Assembly (NCBI GenBank): GCA_024653305.1
Contig: JANLFW010000001.1
Location: forward strand, 29,780 to 93,779
DNA length: 64,000 bases
Direction of reading: 5' to 3'
DNA from: Candidatus Acetothermia bacterium
GTDB lineage: Bacteria > Bipolaricaulota > Bipolaricaulia > Bipolaricaulales > Bipolaricaulaceae
The notes beneath the pieces were generated by a model. It saw nothing but the letters and a program-made list of their open reading frames with translations. It made no database searches and was not told where the DNA came from. This document shows positions 20,659 to 28,804 of this stretch, piece after piece. Position 1 is the first letter of the stretch, and the number at the start of each line of letters is the position of its first letter. Position numbers and translations under genes: made by a program.

Positions 20659-22623
20659 TTGAACACCAACGTCAAACGGATCCTGGTCTGCAGCGCCTGG
20701 CCCTACGGCTCAGGCATGCCCCACCTGGGGAACCTGGTGGGGTGCCTCCTCTCCGGTGACGCGTTCACCCGCTTCTATCGACTCCTGGGGTACGAGGCGC
20801 TGCACGTCTCCGGCACCGATGCCCACGGTACCAAGGTCGAGTACGAGGCAGCCAAGCTCGGCATCACCCCGCGGGAGCTCGCCGATCAGGTCCACCACGC
20901 GATCCGCGAGGTGCTCGAAAAGTTCGAGATCGCCATCGACAACTACACCACCACCGAATCCCCCGTGCACAAGGAGTTCGTCACCCAGATCTACCGCGAC
21001 ATGGAGCGAAATGGCTACATCATCGCGCAAGAAGAAGAGCGGGCCTTTTGCCAAGGGTGTAGCCGATTCCTCGCCGATCGCTTCATCCTCGGCACCTGCC
21101 CTCGCTGCGGATATCCCCACGCCCAAGGCAACCAGTGCGATGTGTGCGGGGCGCTCCTCGAGCCGGAGATGCTCCTTGCCCCCCAGTGCGCATTCTGTAG
21201 ATCCACGGACATCGTCCGGCGGCCAACCCGCCACTGGTACCTGGACCTGGGAAAGCTTGCCCCGCAGCTCCTCGCCTACGTGGGGAGCCGCGACTTCCCG
21301 GGGAACGTCAAGCTGTTTACGGAGCGCCTGATCCAGGACGGGCTTAGGCCACGGGCGGTGACGCGAGACATCGAGTGGGGGATCCCCGCCCCGTTCCCGG
21401 GGGCGGAAGGGAAGGTCATCTACGTGTGGGCGGAGGCCGCCCTAGGGTACGTGTCCGCCACCATCGAGCACTTCCGGAGGCTGGGGGAAGAGGAACGGTG
21501 GCGGGAGTTCTGGTTCGGCGAAGAGGTCTGGCATCTCTACACCCACGCTAAGGACAACATCCCCTTCCACACCATCATCTTCCCTGCTCAACTCATCGCC
21601 TCCGGCCGTGGCTACCACCTGCCCGACCAGATCGCGGCCACGGAGTACCTCAACTGGATCGGAGGGGAGCAGTTCTCCAAGACCCGCCGGGTGGGGATCT
21701 TCGCCGACGAGGCGCTCGCCCTCTTGCCCCCGGTGTACTGGCGGTTTTACCTCCTCTACAACCGGCCGGAGACGAAGGACGTGGAGTTCTCGTGGGAGGA
21801 GCTCGACAAGGCGGTGAACGCGATCCTGGTGGACAACATCGCCAACTTCGTCCACCGGGTGCTCTCGTTCATCTGGTCGCGCCACGCCGGCGTGGTGCCC
21901 GATGTGGCCACCGATCCGGAGGTAGAGCGAGCCATCGACGAGGCCTATGCTGCGGTGCGGCGTACGGTGGAGGAGGGGGCGTTGGCCCCGGCCCTGCGGG
22001 CGGTGGCCCTGCTCGCCGGCACGGGGAACGAGTACTTCCAGCGCAAGGCACCGTGGCGGACCGGGGACGGGGAGGCGGTGGCGTCGGCCGCCCATCTTGT
22101 GAAGGCCCTGGCCATCCTGCTCGAGCCGTTCATCCCCATGTTCTCCCGGGAGGTGTACGCGACCTTGGGCATCACCGAGCGGGCGCTCGCTGACGTGCGC
22201 GAGGGGCTGCGGGGGCGCCGGCTGGCCGTCCAACCGCACCCCCTCCTGGAGCACGTGGACATGGAGGACCTGAAGGGGAGGTACCAGGCGATGAAAGAGG
22301 AGGGTCTGGTGAGCCTGGAGGAGTTCCAACGGCTGGACCTACGGGTGGGGCGGATCCTCATGGCCGAGGAGGTGGCCGGCGCGGACAAGCTTCTGCGCCT
22401 CCTGATCGACCTCGGGGACCGCCAGGCCCAAGCGGTGGCCGGGATCCGCAAGCACTACCCCGTCGGGGACCTTCCGGGCAGACTGGTGGCGGTGGTGGCC
22501 AACCTCAAGCCGGCCACGATCCGAGGAATTCGATCCGAGTGCATGATCCTCGCCGCGTCGGACGGAACGCTGGCCCTCCTTGCCCCGGATAAACAGGTGG
22601 AACCGGGGACCCGCATTCGCTAG
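20659..22623 (+). CDS. metG: Methionyl-tRNA synthetase with a C-terminal tRNA-binding domain
   Basis: SAWPYGSGMPHLGNLVG (HIGH region), Zn knuckles CPRCG...CDVCG...CAFC, an FSKTR (KMSKS-like) motif, and a C-terminal LDLRVGRILMAEEV...KLLRLLIDLG domain. TTG 20659 follows GAGGAG. The track start is 20587 in the same frame. Confidence 0.92.
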   Translation: MNTNVKRILVCSAWPYGSGMPHLGNLVGCLLSGDAFTRFYRLLGYEALHVSGTDAHGTKVEYEAAKLGITPRELADQVHHAIREVLEKFEIAIDNYTTTESPVHKEFVTQIYRDMERNGYIIAQEEERAFCQGCSRFLADRFILGTCPRCGYPHAQGNQCDVCGALLEPEMLLAPQCAFCRSTDIVRRPTRHWYLDLGKLAPQLLAYVGSRDFPGNVKLFTERLIQDGLRPRAVTRDIEWGIPAPFPGAEGKVIYVWAEAALGYVSATIEHFRRLGEEERWREFWFGEEVWHLYTHAKDNIPFHTIIFPAQLIASGRGYHLPDQIAATEYLNWIGGEQFSKTRRVGIFADEALALLPPVYWRFYLLYNRPETKDVEFSWEELDKAVNAILVDNIANFVHRVLSFIWSRHAGVVPDVATDPEVERAIDEAYAAVRRTVEEGALAPALRAVALLAGTGNEYFQRKAPWRTGDGEAVASAAHLVKALAILLEPFIPMFSREVYATLGITERALADVREGLRGRRLAVQPHPLLEHVDMEDLKGRYQAMKEEGLVSLEEFQRLDLRVGRILMAEEVAGADKLLRLLIDLGDRQAQAVAGIRKHYPVGDLPGRLVAVVANLKPATIRGIRSECMILAASDGTLALLAPDKQVEPGTRIR

Positions 22624-22660
22624 CATTGTCCTCGTCCGCCGTACCCGATAAGATTGCGAG

Positions 22661-22987
22661 GTGGCCGAAATGTACGGTGTTGTGGAGATCGGAGGCAAGC
22701 AGTACCACGTCGAGCCTGGGATGGAGGTCGTCCACGAGGTCGTTCCCGGCGTCGGTGTCGGGGACACGATCACGTTCGATCGGGTCCTCCTCCTGCGCAA
22801 CGGTGATGGGGTGGCCATTGGCCGGCCGTACCTCTCAGGGGTCAAGGTGGTGGCGGAGGTCCGAGAGGTGGGGCGGGGCAAGAAGGCCGTGGTCCAGCGG
22901 TTCGCCCCCAAGAAGGGGTATCGCCGGAAGAAGGGCTACCGCCAGCCCTACATGCGGACGAGGATCGTGGCCATCGAGAAGGATTAG
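22661..22987 (+). CDS. rplU: 50S ribosomal protein L21
   Basis: MYGVVEIGGKQYHVEPG... is the typical bL21 sequence, in the conserved rplU, prp, rpmA order. Confidence 0.95.
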   Translation: MAEMYGVVEIGGKQYHVEPGMEVVHEVVPGVGVGDTITFDRVLLLRNGDGVAIGRPYLSGVKVVAEVREVGRGKKAVVQRFAPKKGYRRKKGYRQPYMRTRIVAIEKD

Positions 22988-22990
22988 GCG

Positions 22991-23311
22991 ATGGTAGAGG
23001 TTCTGATCGAGCGGGATGAGGAAGGCCGGGTCCAGGCGGTGACCCTGCAGGGGGACGATTCCCCGGAGGGACTGGCCGCCGGGGCCCTCGTCGAGGCCCC
23101 GCTCCTGGGGATGCGCCACTACCTGCACTTGGATCCGGAGTCCTCCCGGGAGGGGAGCATGCTGCGGTTCCGGGTGGACCGGTCCGACATCTTCCTCGAC
23201 CGCGAGATCGACGCGATCCTGGAGACGATGGTCTTGGGCCTGCGCGCGCTGGAGCAGGGCCGGCCGGGACGGTTGGCGGTGCGCGAGGTCGGGTTGGATG
23301 TAAAGGTGTAA
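22991..23311 (+). CDS. Prp (DUF464/YsxB)-like protein lacking the catalytic His/Cys
   Basis: 106 aa, positioned between rplU and rpmA exactly as Prp is. Where Prp has GHA...DIVCA, this protein reads [16 protein letters not shown]. Confidence 0.7.
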   Translation: MVEVLIERDEEGRVQAVTLQGDDSPEGLAAGALVEAPLLGMRHYLHLDPESSREGSMLRFRVDRSDIFLDREIDAILETMVLGLRALEQGRPGRLAVREVGLDVKV

Positions 23312-23322
23312 AGGGGGAAAAC

Positions 23323-23583
23323 ATGGCCCACAAGAGCAGTCAGGGTTCTACCCAGAACATCCACGATTCCCCGGGGCAGCGCCTGGGCGTGAAGCGCTTC
23401 GGCGGCGAGCTGGTATGGCCCGGGTGCATCATCATCCGGCAGCGGGGAACCCGGTTCCACCCGGGCCGGGGCGTGGGCATGGGACGGGATTTCACCCTGT
23501 TCGCTACGACCACGGGGCTCGTGAAGTTCGCCGGGCGGAACCGCAAGTACGTGAACGTCATCCCCATCGACGAGGGGGGATAG
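23323..23583 (+). CDS. rpmA: 50S ribosomal protein L27
   Basis: [29 protein letters not shown]... is a mature-type bL27 N-terminus with no propeptide. Confidence 0.95.
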   Translation: MAHKSSQGSTQNIHDSPGQRLGVKRFGGELVWPGCIIIRQRGTRFHPGRGVGMGRDFTLFATTTGLVKFAGRNRKYVNVIPIDEGG

Positions 23584-23592
23584 CCCCTCCCG

Positions 23593-24861
23593 ATGTGGCT
23601 CGATGAGGCGAAGATCCATGTCGCCTCCGGGCGGGGCGGGGACGGTTTGATCAGCTTCCACCGCACCCGTCATAACCCGCGCGGCTCCCCGGACGGGGGC
23701 AACGGAGGCCGCGGTGGGGATGTGATCCTGCGTGCCAGCCGGTCCATGAGCACCCTCCTCCACTTCCAGAACCAGGTTCACTTCCGCGCCCAGGACGGGG
23801 CACCGGGCGGGCCCAACGGCTGCCAGGGGGGGCAAGGCGCAGACCTCGTGGTGCCCGTCCCGGTGGGGACGGTGGTGCGGGACCTCCTCACCGGTGAGGT
23901 CCTGGCCGACCTCATGGCCGACGGCCAGGAGGTGGTCATCGCTCGCGGTGGCTGCGGAGGGCGAGGCAACAAGGCGTTCACCACCGCTACCCGCCAGGCG
24001 CCGCGGATCCGGGAGTTCGGCGAGCCCGGGGAGGAACGGTGGCTCAGGCTGGAGCTGCGGGTGCTCGCCGATGTGGGGATCGTGGGTTTCCCCAACGTGG
24101 GCAAGTCGTCGCTCCTGTCCCGCGTCTCCTCGAAGAAGGCCAAGGTCGCCCCGTACCCGTTCACCACCTTGGCCCCTAACCTGGGCCTGGTACGGGTCGG
24201 AGAGTCGGCGTCGTTCGTGATGGCCGACCTTCCGGGCCTGATCGAGGGGGCACACGAGGGGAAGGGCCTCGGCGATCGGTTCCTGCGCCACGCCTCCCGG
24301 GCCAAGCTCCTCCTCCACCTCCTGGACCTGGCCCGGGTCGAGGGCCGCGACCCCCTTGGGGATTACCATGTCCTGCGGCGGGAGCTTGAGGCGTGGGAGG
24401 ACCTGGCAGGGAAGCCGGAGGTGGTGGCCGGAAACAAGGTGGACCTCCTGACCCCGGACCAGGTGGCGACGGAGGTGGCGCGGTTCAAGGAGGAAGGGAT
24501 CGAGCTCCACCCCATCTCGGCCGTGACCGGGCAGGGGGTGCGGGAGTTGATCGCCCACCTGTGGGCGCGGATGCAGGCACTCCCTTCCCCGCCGGTCACG
24601 CCCCGGCCACGGCAGCGGGTGTGGCGGCTGACCCCGGAGGCACGGCCGTTCGAGGTGGTGGAGGAGGACGGGGCGCTCACGGTGCGGGGCCCGGCGGTGG
24701 AGCAACTGGTCCACCGCCTCGATCTCTCCACCCGCGACGCCCAGGAGTACCTCATAGAGCGGCTGGAGCGGCTGGGGGTGATGGCCGCCCTTCGGCGGCG
24801 GGGCCTGGCCCCGGGCCGGAGCGTGCGCATCGGCGGGGTGGAGTTTGAGCTTGCAGGGTAG
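23593..24861 (+). CDS. obg: GTPase Obg/CgtA
   Basis: Obg fold N-terminus (DEAKIHVASGRGGDGLISFHR), G1 GFPNVGKSS, DLPGLIEGAHEG, and a C-terminal OCT-like domain. Confidence 0.95.
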   Translation: MWLDEAKIHVASGRGGDGLISFHRTRHNPRGSPDGGNGGRGGDVILRASRSMSTLLHFQNQVHFRAQDGAPGGPNGCQGGQGADLVVPVPVGTVVRDLLTGEVLADLMADGQEVVIARGGCGGRGNKAFTTATRQAPRIREFGEPGEERWLRLELRVLADVGIVGFPNVGKSSLLSRVSSKKAKVAPYPFTTLAPNLGLVRVGESASFVMADLPGLIEGAHEGKGLGDRFLRHASRAKLLLHLLDLARVEGRDPLGDYHVLRRELEAWEDLAGKPEVVAGNKVDLLTPDQVATEVARFKEEGIELHPISAVTGQGVRELIAHLWARMQALPSPPVTPRPRQRVWRLTPEARPFEVVEEDGALTVRGPAVEQLVHRLDLSTRDAQEYLIERLERLGVMAALRRRGLAPGRSVRIGGVEFELAG

Positions 24862-25462
24862 GACCGGGCTATTCGGGGGGACGTTCAACCCCATCCACCT
24901 CGGGCACCTGCGGGTGGCCGAGGAGGCCCTCCGTCAGTTCGGCCTGAGGCAGATCGTGTTCCTGCCCACCGGGCACCCCCCCCACCGCGAGGTGGACGAC
25001 GGCGTCCCCGGCGAGCAACGGTACGCGATGGTGAAGCTCGCGGTAGAGGGGCGGCCCAAGTTCACGGTGTCCCGGTACGAGGTGGACCGCCCCGGGCCGT
25101 GCTACACGGTGGACACCATCGCCGCGATGAAGGCGGAGCACCCGGAGGGGGTAGCGTACATCGTGGGAGCGGACATCTTCTCCCGCATCGAGATCTGGCA
25201 CGACTGGCCCAGATTGCTTGGGAGCGCCCCGTTCATCGTGGCCCCGCGACCGGGGGTGGACATGACCGTGTTCCACCGCGCCCCGTTCGCGCAGGCCGAG
25301 CTCCACTTCCTGGAGATGCCGCTGATCAACCTCTCGTCCGCGGAGGTGCGACGGCGCTACCGGGAAGGGCTTTCCACAGCGGGCATGGTGCCGGAGGCGG
25401 TGGACCGGTTCATCCGCCGCCACCGGCTGTACGGCGTGGTTGGACGGGATGAACCTAGCTAG
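24845..25462 (+). CDS. nadD: Nicotinate-nucleotide adenylyltransferase
   Basis: GLFGGTFNPIHLGHL (HxGH) motif. 205 aa. TTG start overlaps the obg end. Confidence 0.9.
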   Translation: MSLQGRTGLFGGTFNPIHLGHLRVAEEALRQFGLRQIVFLPTGHPPHREVDDGVPGEQRYAMVKLAVEGRPKFTVSRYEVDRPGPCYTVDTIAAMKAEHPEGVAYIVGADIFSRIEIWHDWPRLLGSAPFIVAPRPGVDMTVFHRAPFAQAELHFLEMPLINLSSAEVRRRYREGLSTAGMVPEAVDRFIRRHRLYGVVGRDEPS

Positions 25463-25488
25463 AATACATGCGAAAGGGGGATGGTCCT

Positions 25489-26061
25489 ATTAAGCGAAAG
25501 TTCCGCGTAAACGAAGAGATCCGGTCGCGGGAGGTGCTCCTGATCGACATCGATGGCCGCAACCTGGGGGTGACCCCAGTAGACCGGGCGCTGGCCCTGG
25601 CCAGGGAGAAGGGCCTTGATCTCGTGGAGGTGGCGCCGGAGGCGAACCCGGTGGTGTGCAAGATCGTGAACTTCGGGAAGTACCGGTACCAGCTGGAGAA
25701 ACGGGAGAAGAAGCAGCAAAAGCCGGCACGGCTCAAGGAGGTCAAGTTCACGATCCAGACCGGGGAGCACGATTTCCAGACGAAGCTCTCTCGAATCCGA
25801 GAGTTCCTGAACGACGGACACAAGGTGCGGGTTTCCGTGTTCTTCAAGGGACGGCAGATCATCCACCTCGGCAAAGGGGAGGAGATGCTGGCCCGGGTCG
25901 CAGCTACGACCCAGGACATCGCCAAGGTGGATCAGAACGCGACGAGCAAGGGCCGGACGCTACAGATGCTGCTGGTCCCCCTACCCCGCAAAGGAGGTCG
26001 CGGTGAAGAAAAGGACACACAAGGCGTCGGCGAAGCGGCTCAAGATCACGGCCAGCGGTAG
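25489..26061 (+). CDS. infC: Translation initiation factor IF-3 (probable AUU start; an in-frame ATG lies at 25468)
   Basis: IKRKFRVNEEIRSREVLLIDIDGRNLGV... is the typical IF-3 sequence. ATT 25489 lies 8 nt after AAAGGGGGA, whereas ATG 25468 has no SD. The ORF runs to 26061 and overlaps rpmI. Confidence 0.85.
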   Translation: MKRKFRVNEEIRSREVLLIDIDGRNLGVTPVDRALALAREKGLDLVEVAPEANPVVCKIVNFGKYRYQLEKREKKQQKPARLKEVKFTIQTGEHDFQTKLSRIREFLNDGHKVRVSVFFKGRQIIHLGKGEEMLARVAATTQDIAKVDQNATSKGRTLQMLLVPLPRKGGRGEEKDTQGVGEAAQDHGQR

Positions 26062-26194
26062 GATCTTCCACCGGCGGGCCGGTTACGTGCACAAGCTCAG
26101 CAAGAAGCGCCCCCAATACCGGCGGCAGGCGCGCCCGGACGTGGAGGCGACCGGGGCTGACCGACGGCGACTGCGCCGGATCCTGAACGTTTGA
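26003..26194 (+). CDS. rpmI: 50S ribosomal protein L35
   Basis: GTG 26003 follows AAGGAGG (25991-25997). MKKRTHKASAKRLKITASGRIFHRRAG. Confidence 0.9.
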   Translation: MKKRTHKASAKRLKITASGRIFHRRAGYVHKLSKKRPQYRRQARPDVEATGADRRRLRRILNV

Positions 26195-26210
26195 TGCCAA
26201 GGAGGAAACC

Positions 26211-26567
26211 ATGCGGGTGCCCGGAGGGGTAAAGCACGGCAAACGCCGGCAGAAGGTGTTGGAACTGGCCAAGGGGTTCAAGGGCAAGCGCCGGACGTGC
26301 TACCGCATCGCCAAGCAATCGGTGGTCAAGGCCCTGCGCCATCAGTACGTGTCGCGCAAGCTCAGGAAGCGGGACATGCGGCGGCTGTGGATGGTGCGCA
26401 TCGGGGCCGCGGCGCGAGGGCACGGCCTGTCCTACTCCAGGTTCATGGGCGGGCTCAGGAAGGCCGGGGTCGGGCTGAACCGGAAGATGCTCGCCGCTTT
26501 GGCCTTGCGCGATCCGGACGCGTTCGCCCAAGTGGTGGCGGTGGCCAAGGAGGCCACGGGCGCGTGA
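26211..26567 (+). CDS. rplT: 50S ribosomal protein L20
   Basis: MRVPGGVKHGKRRQKVLELAKGFKGKRR... in the conserved infC-rpmI-rplT order. Confidence 0.95.
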   Translation: MRVPGGVKHGKRRQKVLELAKGFKGKRRTCYRIAKQSVVKALRHQYVSRKLRKRDMRRLWMVRIGAAARGHGLSYSRFMGGLRKAGVGLNRKMLAALALRDPDAFAQVVAVAKEATGA

Positions 26568-26581
26568 GGCCACGGGCGCGA
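26550..26581 (+). repeat. 16-nt tandem duplication spanning the rplT stop codon
   Basis: GAGGCCACGGGCGCGT (26550-26565) is followed directly by GAGGCCACGGGCGCGA (26566-26581), 15/16 identical. The TGA stop (26565-26567) straddles the junction. Confidence 0.8.
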
Positions 26582-26592
26582 GCGGGGATCGC

Positions 26593-26949
26593 GTGACGGT
26601 CAGCGTGGGCGTGCGCGGCCTGCGGTTCATGGGCCGCGTGGGATGGCAAGACGAGGAGCGGCGGATGAGCCGTCCGCTCCTCGTGGACGTGGAGATCGGG
26701 GTGGACTACGACGGGTCGGGAGAGCTTTCCGGGACGGTGGACCTGGAGGCGGTGGTGCGGACGGTCACGACGCTCGAGGGGAAGACATTCCGCCTCCTGG
26801 AGGACCTGGCCAGCGTCGTTGCCGGGGCGGCCGTGGGGCTTTCGCCCCGGGTGCGCTGGGCCAGGGTGCGCGTGCACAAACTGTCCCCGCCCCTCCCTTC
26901 CCCGGTGGATGCGGAGTTCGTCGAGGTGGTTTGCGAACGGGATGGTTAG
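26593..26949 (+). CDS. folB: Dihydroneopterin aldolase
   Basis: 118 aa. VRGLRFMGRVGWQDEERRMSRPLLVDVEI is a typical FolB start. Overlaps folK. Confidence 0.8.
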   Translation: MTVSVGVRGLRFMGRVGWQDEERRMSRPLLVDVEIGVDYDGSGELSGTVDLEAVVRTVTTLEGKTFRLLEDLASVVAGAAVGLSPRVRWARVRVHKLSPPLPSPVDAEFVEVVCERDG

Positions 26950-27436
26950 GGCGTACCTGGGCCTTGGCGCCAATGTCCCCCCGGAGGAGGAGCGTCTGAT
27001 GGAGGCGCTGGCCCGCCTGTCGCAAGGCGGGCTCAGGATCGGCAAGGTCTCCTCCCTGTACCGTACCGAGCCGTGGGGCCGTGGCGACCAGCCGTGGTTT
27101 ACGAACTTGGCGGTGGAGGCGGACACGGATCTTCCGCCCCGGGCGCTCCTCGCCCTGTGCCAGCGGGTGCAGCGGGATCTCGGCCGGATGGACCGCGGGC
27201 GGTGGGGACCCCGGGAACTGGACATCGACATCCTCCTCTACGGAGGCGAGGTCATCGCCGAGCCCGATCTCATCGTGCCCCATCCCCGGCTCCCCGAGCG
27301 CCGGTTCGTGCTCGTGCCGCTGGCGGAGATCGCCCCGGAGGTCCGCCATCCCGTGCTTGGCCGCGCCATCGCCGAACTCCTGGCTGAGGTGAGAGATTCA
27401 AGGAGGGTCTTACGATTAAAGGGAATCACATCCTGA
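26942..27436 (+). CDS. folK: 2-amino-4-hydroxy-6-hydroxymethyldihydropteridine pyrophosphokinase
   Basis: Start at MVRAYLGLGAN (ATG 26942) within track ORF 26819..27436. SSLYRTEPWG, RELDIDILLYG and PHPRLPERRFVLVPL motifs. Confidence 0.85.
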   Translation: MVRAYLGLGANVPPEEERLMEALARLSQGGLRIGKVSSLYRTEPWGRGDQPWFTNLAVEADTDLPPRALLALCQRVQRDLGRMDRGRWGPRELDIDILLYGGEVIAEPDLIVPHPRLPERRFVLVPLAEIAPEVRHPVLGRAIAELLAEVRDSRRVLRLKGITS

Positions 27437-27441
27437 TCACG

Positions 27442-28653
27442 GTGGAGAAGACGCCGGCCGGTCCGAGAAAGCGGGTGGTCATCGTCGAGGAGGGGGAACT
27501 GGTGGAGGTGCACTTCGACATGCCGGGCCGACGGCCGCTGGTGGGCAACATCTACAAGGGCAAGGTGGAGACGGTTCTCCCCGGGATGGGCGCGGCGTTC
27601 GTGAACGTGGGGGAACGGAAGGCCCTGTTTCTGTCCGAGCACGAGATCAACGATGCGATGCTGATCGCCAAGGGGTTTGAGCCATGGCGCGGCCCGGCCC
27701 CGATCCAGAAGGTCCTCCGCCCCGGAGACTCGGTCCTCATCCAGGTCCGCCGGGAGGGTGTCGGCAAGAAAAACCCCCAGGGGACGACGAAGATCAGCCT
27801 GCCGGGGCGGTACTGGGTGTTCCTGCCGCGGGAGGACCGGGTGGGCATCTCCCGCCGGGTGGAGGACCGCGACATCGGGAGGCGGCTCCGCCAGATCGCG
27901 TACGAACTCAAGCAACCCGGGGAGGGGCTGATCGCCCGCACCGCGGCCCATCGAGCGTCCAAGGAGGACCTGGAGCGGGATTTCAAGTATCTCCTCGGCA
28001 TCTGGAAGGGGATCGAGGAAGCGGCCGCGGAGAGCACCGCCCCCAAGCTCCTCCACGAGCCCCTGGACCTCGTGCGGACCATCGTCCGCGACCGGTTCCT
28101 GGACGAGATGGATTCCCTCATCGTCGACGAGGAGGCCCAGTACAAGGAGATCCTGGACTTCCTCGGATATCTACACCTTGAGCGACTGAAGGGGCGGGTG
28201 AAGCTGTACCGGGGCACGATGCCCCTGTTCGTGCGCTACGACATCGAGCGGCAGCTTCGGGAGGCGCTGCAGCGGCGGGTGCCCTTAAAGGCGGGGGGGT
28301 TCCTGACCGTGGACGAGACCGAGGCGCTGACGGCGATCGACGTGAACACCGGGTCCGACGTGCGCCATCGCAACCAAGACGCGGCGATCCTCAACACCAA
28401 CCTCGAGGCGGCCAAGGAGATCCCCCGGATCCTGAGGCTTCGCAAGATCTCGGGGATCATCGTCATCGACTTCGTGGACATGGCCAGCGAAAAGGACGAG
28501 CGCAAGGTGATCGAGCGGCTGCAAGAGGAGCTTCGAAAGGACCGGGTGCCGGCGGACTTCATCGAGATCACCAAGCTAGGCCTGGTGGAGATCACCCGTC
28601 GCAAGGAGGGGGAATCGCTGGCGGCGATGCTGGGGGACATGGAGGAGGATTAA
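27442..28653 (+). CDS. rng: Ribonuclease E/G family protein (RNase G-like, short form)
   Basis: S1-like VGNIYKGKVETVLPGMGAAFVNVG. Catalytic-domain segments LTAIDVNTG and SGIIVIDFVDM. Confidence 0.85.
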   Translation: MEKTPAGPRKRVVIVEEGELVEVHFDMPGRRPLVGNIYKGKVETVLPGMGAAFVNVGERKALFLSEHEINDAMLIAKGFEPWRGPAPIQKVLRPGDSVLIQVRREGVGKKNPQGTTKISLPGRYWVFLPREDRVGISRRVEDRDIGRRLRQIAYELKQPGEGLIARTAAHRASKEDLERDFKYLLGIWKGIEEAAAESTAPKLLHEPLDLVRTIVRDRFLDEMDSLIVDEEAQYKEILDFLGYLHLERLKGRVKLYRGTMPLFVRYDIERQLREALQRRVPLKAGGFLTVDETEALTAIDVNTGSDVRHRNQDAAILNTNLEAAKEIPRILRLRKISGIIVIDFVDMASEKDERKVIERLQEELRKDRVPADFIEITKLGLVEITRRKEGESLAAMLGDMEED

Positions 28654-28719
28654 CGCCGTCCGCCGGGAGGATGGACGTCGGTTGAGGGATAGGTCCATCC
28701 CCGTTACCATCGCTGGCAA

Positions 28720-28792
28720 GGGCGGATAGCTCAGTTGGTAGAGCGCTCCCTTCACAGGGGAGAAGTCGCGGGTTCAAGTCCTGCTCCGCCCA
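28720..28792 (+). tRNA. tRNA-Val (anticodon CAC)
   Basis: 73-nt cloverleaf folded by hand: GGGCGGA/TA/GCTC..GAGC/CTCCC-TTCACAG-GGGAG/AAGTC/GCGGG-TTCAAGT-CCTGC/TCCGCCC/A. CCA is not encoded. Confidence 0.9.
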
Positions 28793-28804
28793 TTTCCTTT
28801 TCCC

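Noticed and set aside
23119-24894. Very long antisense or alternative-frame ORFs in the track. Examples: 23119..24894(-) opposite obg; 47975..50533(+) opposite mutS; 3784..5106(-) opposite the PHP gene; 43132..44793(-); 40178..41137(-); 11473..12447(+); 38557..39669(-); 21442..22329(-).
   Set aside because: They lie opposite or out of frame to genes with unmistakable conserved motifs. Their translations are Arg/Pro/Gly/Ala-rich and low in complexity, as expected from stop-codon scarcity in ~68% GC DNA. None has an SD or any recognisable motif.
28669-28700. 8-bp perfect hairpin (GGATGGAC...GTCCATCC, 16-nt loop) between rng and tRNA-Val.
   Set aside because: There is no U-tract and the loop is large. 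It may be a processing or stability element, but there is not enough evidence to call a terminator or an RNA gene.
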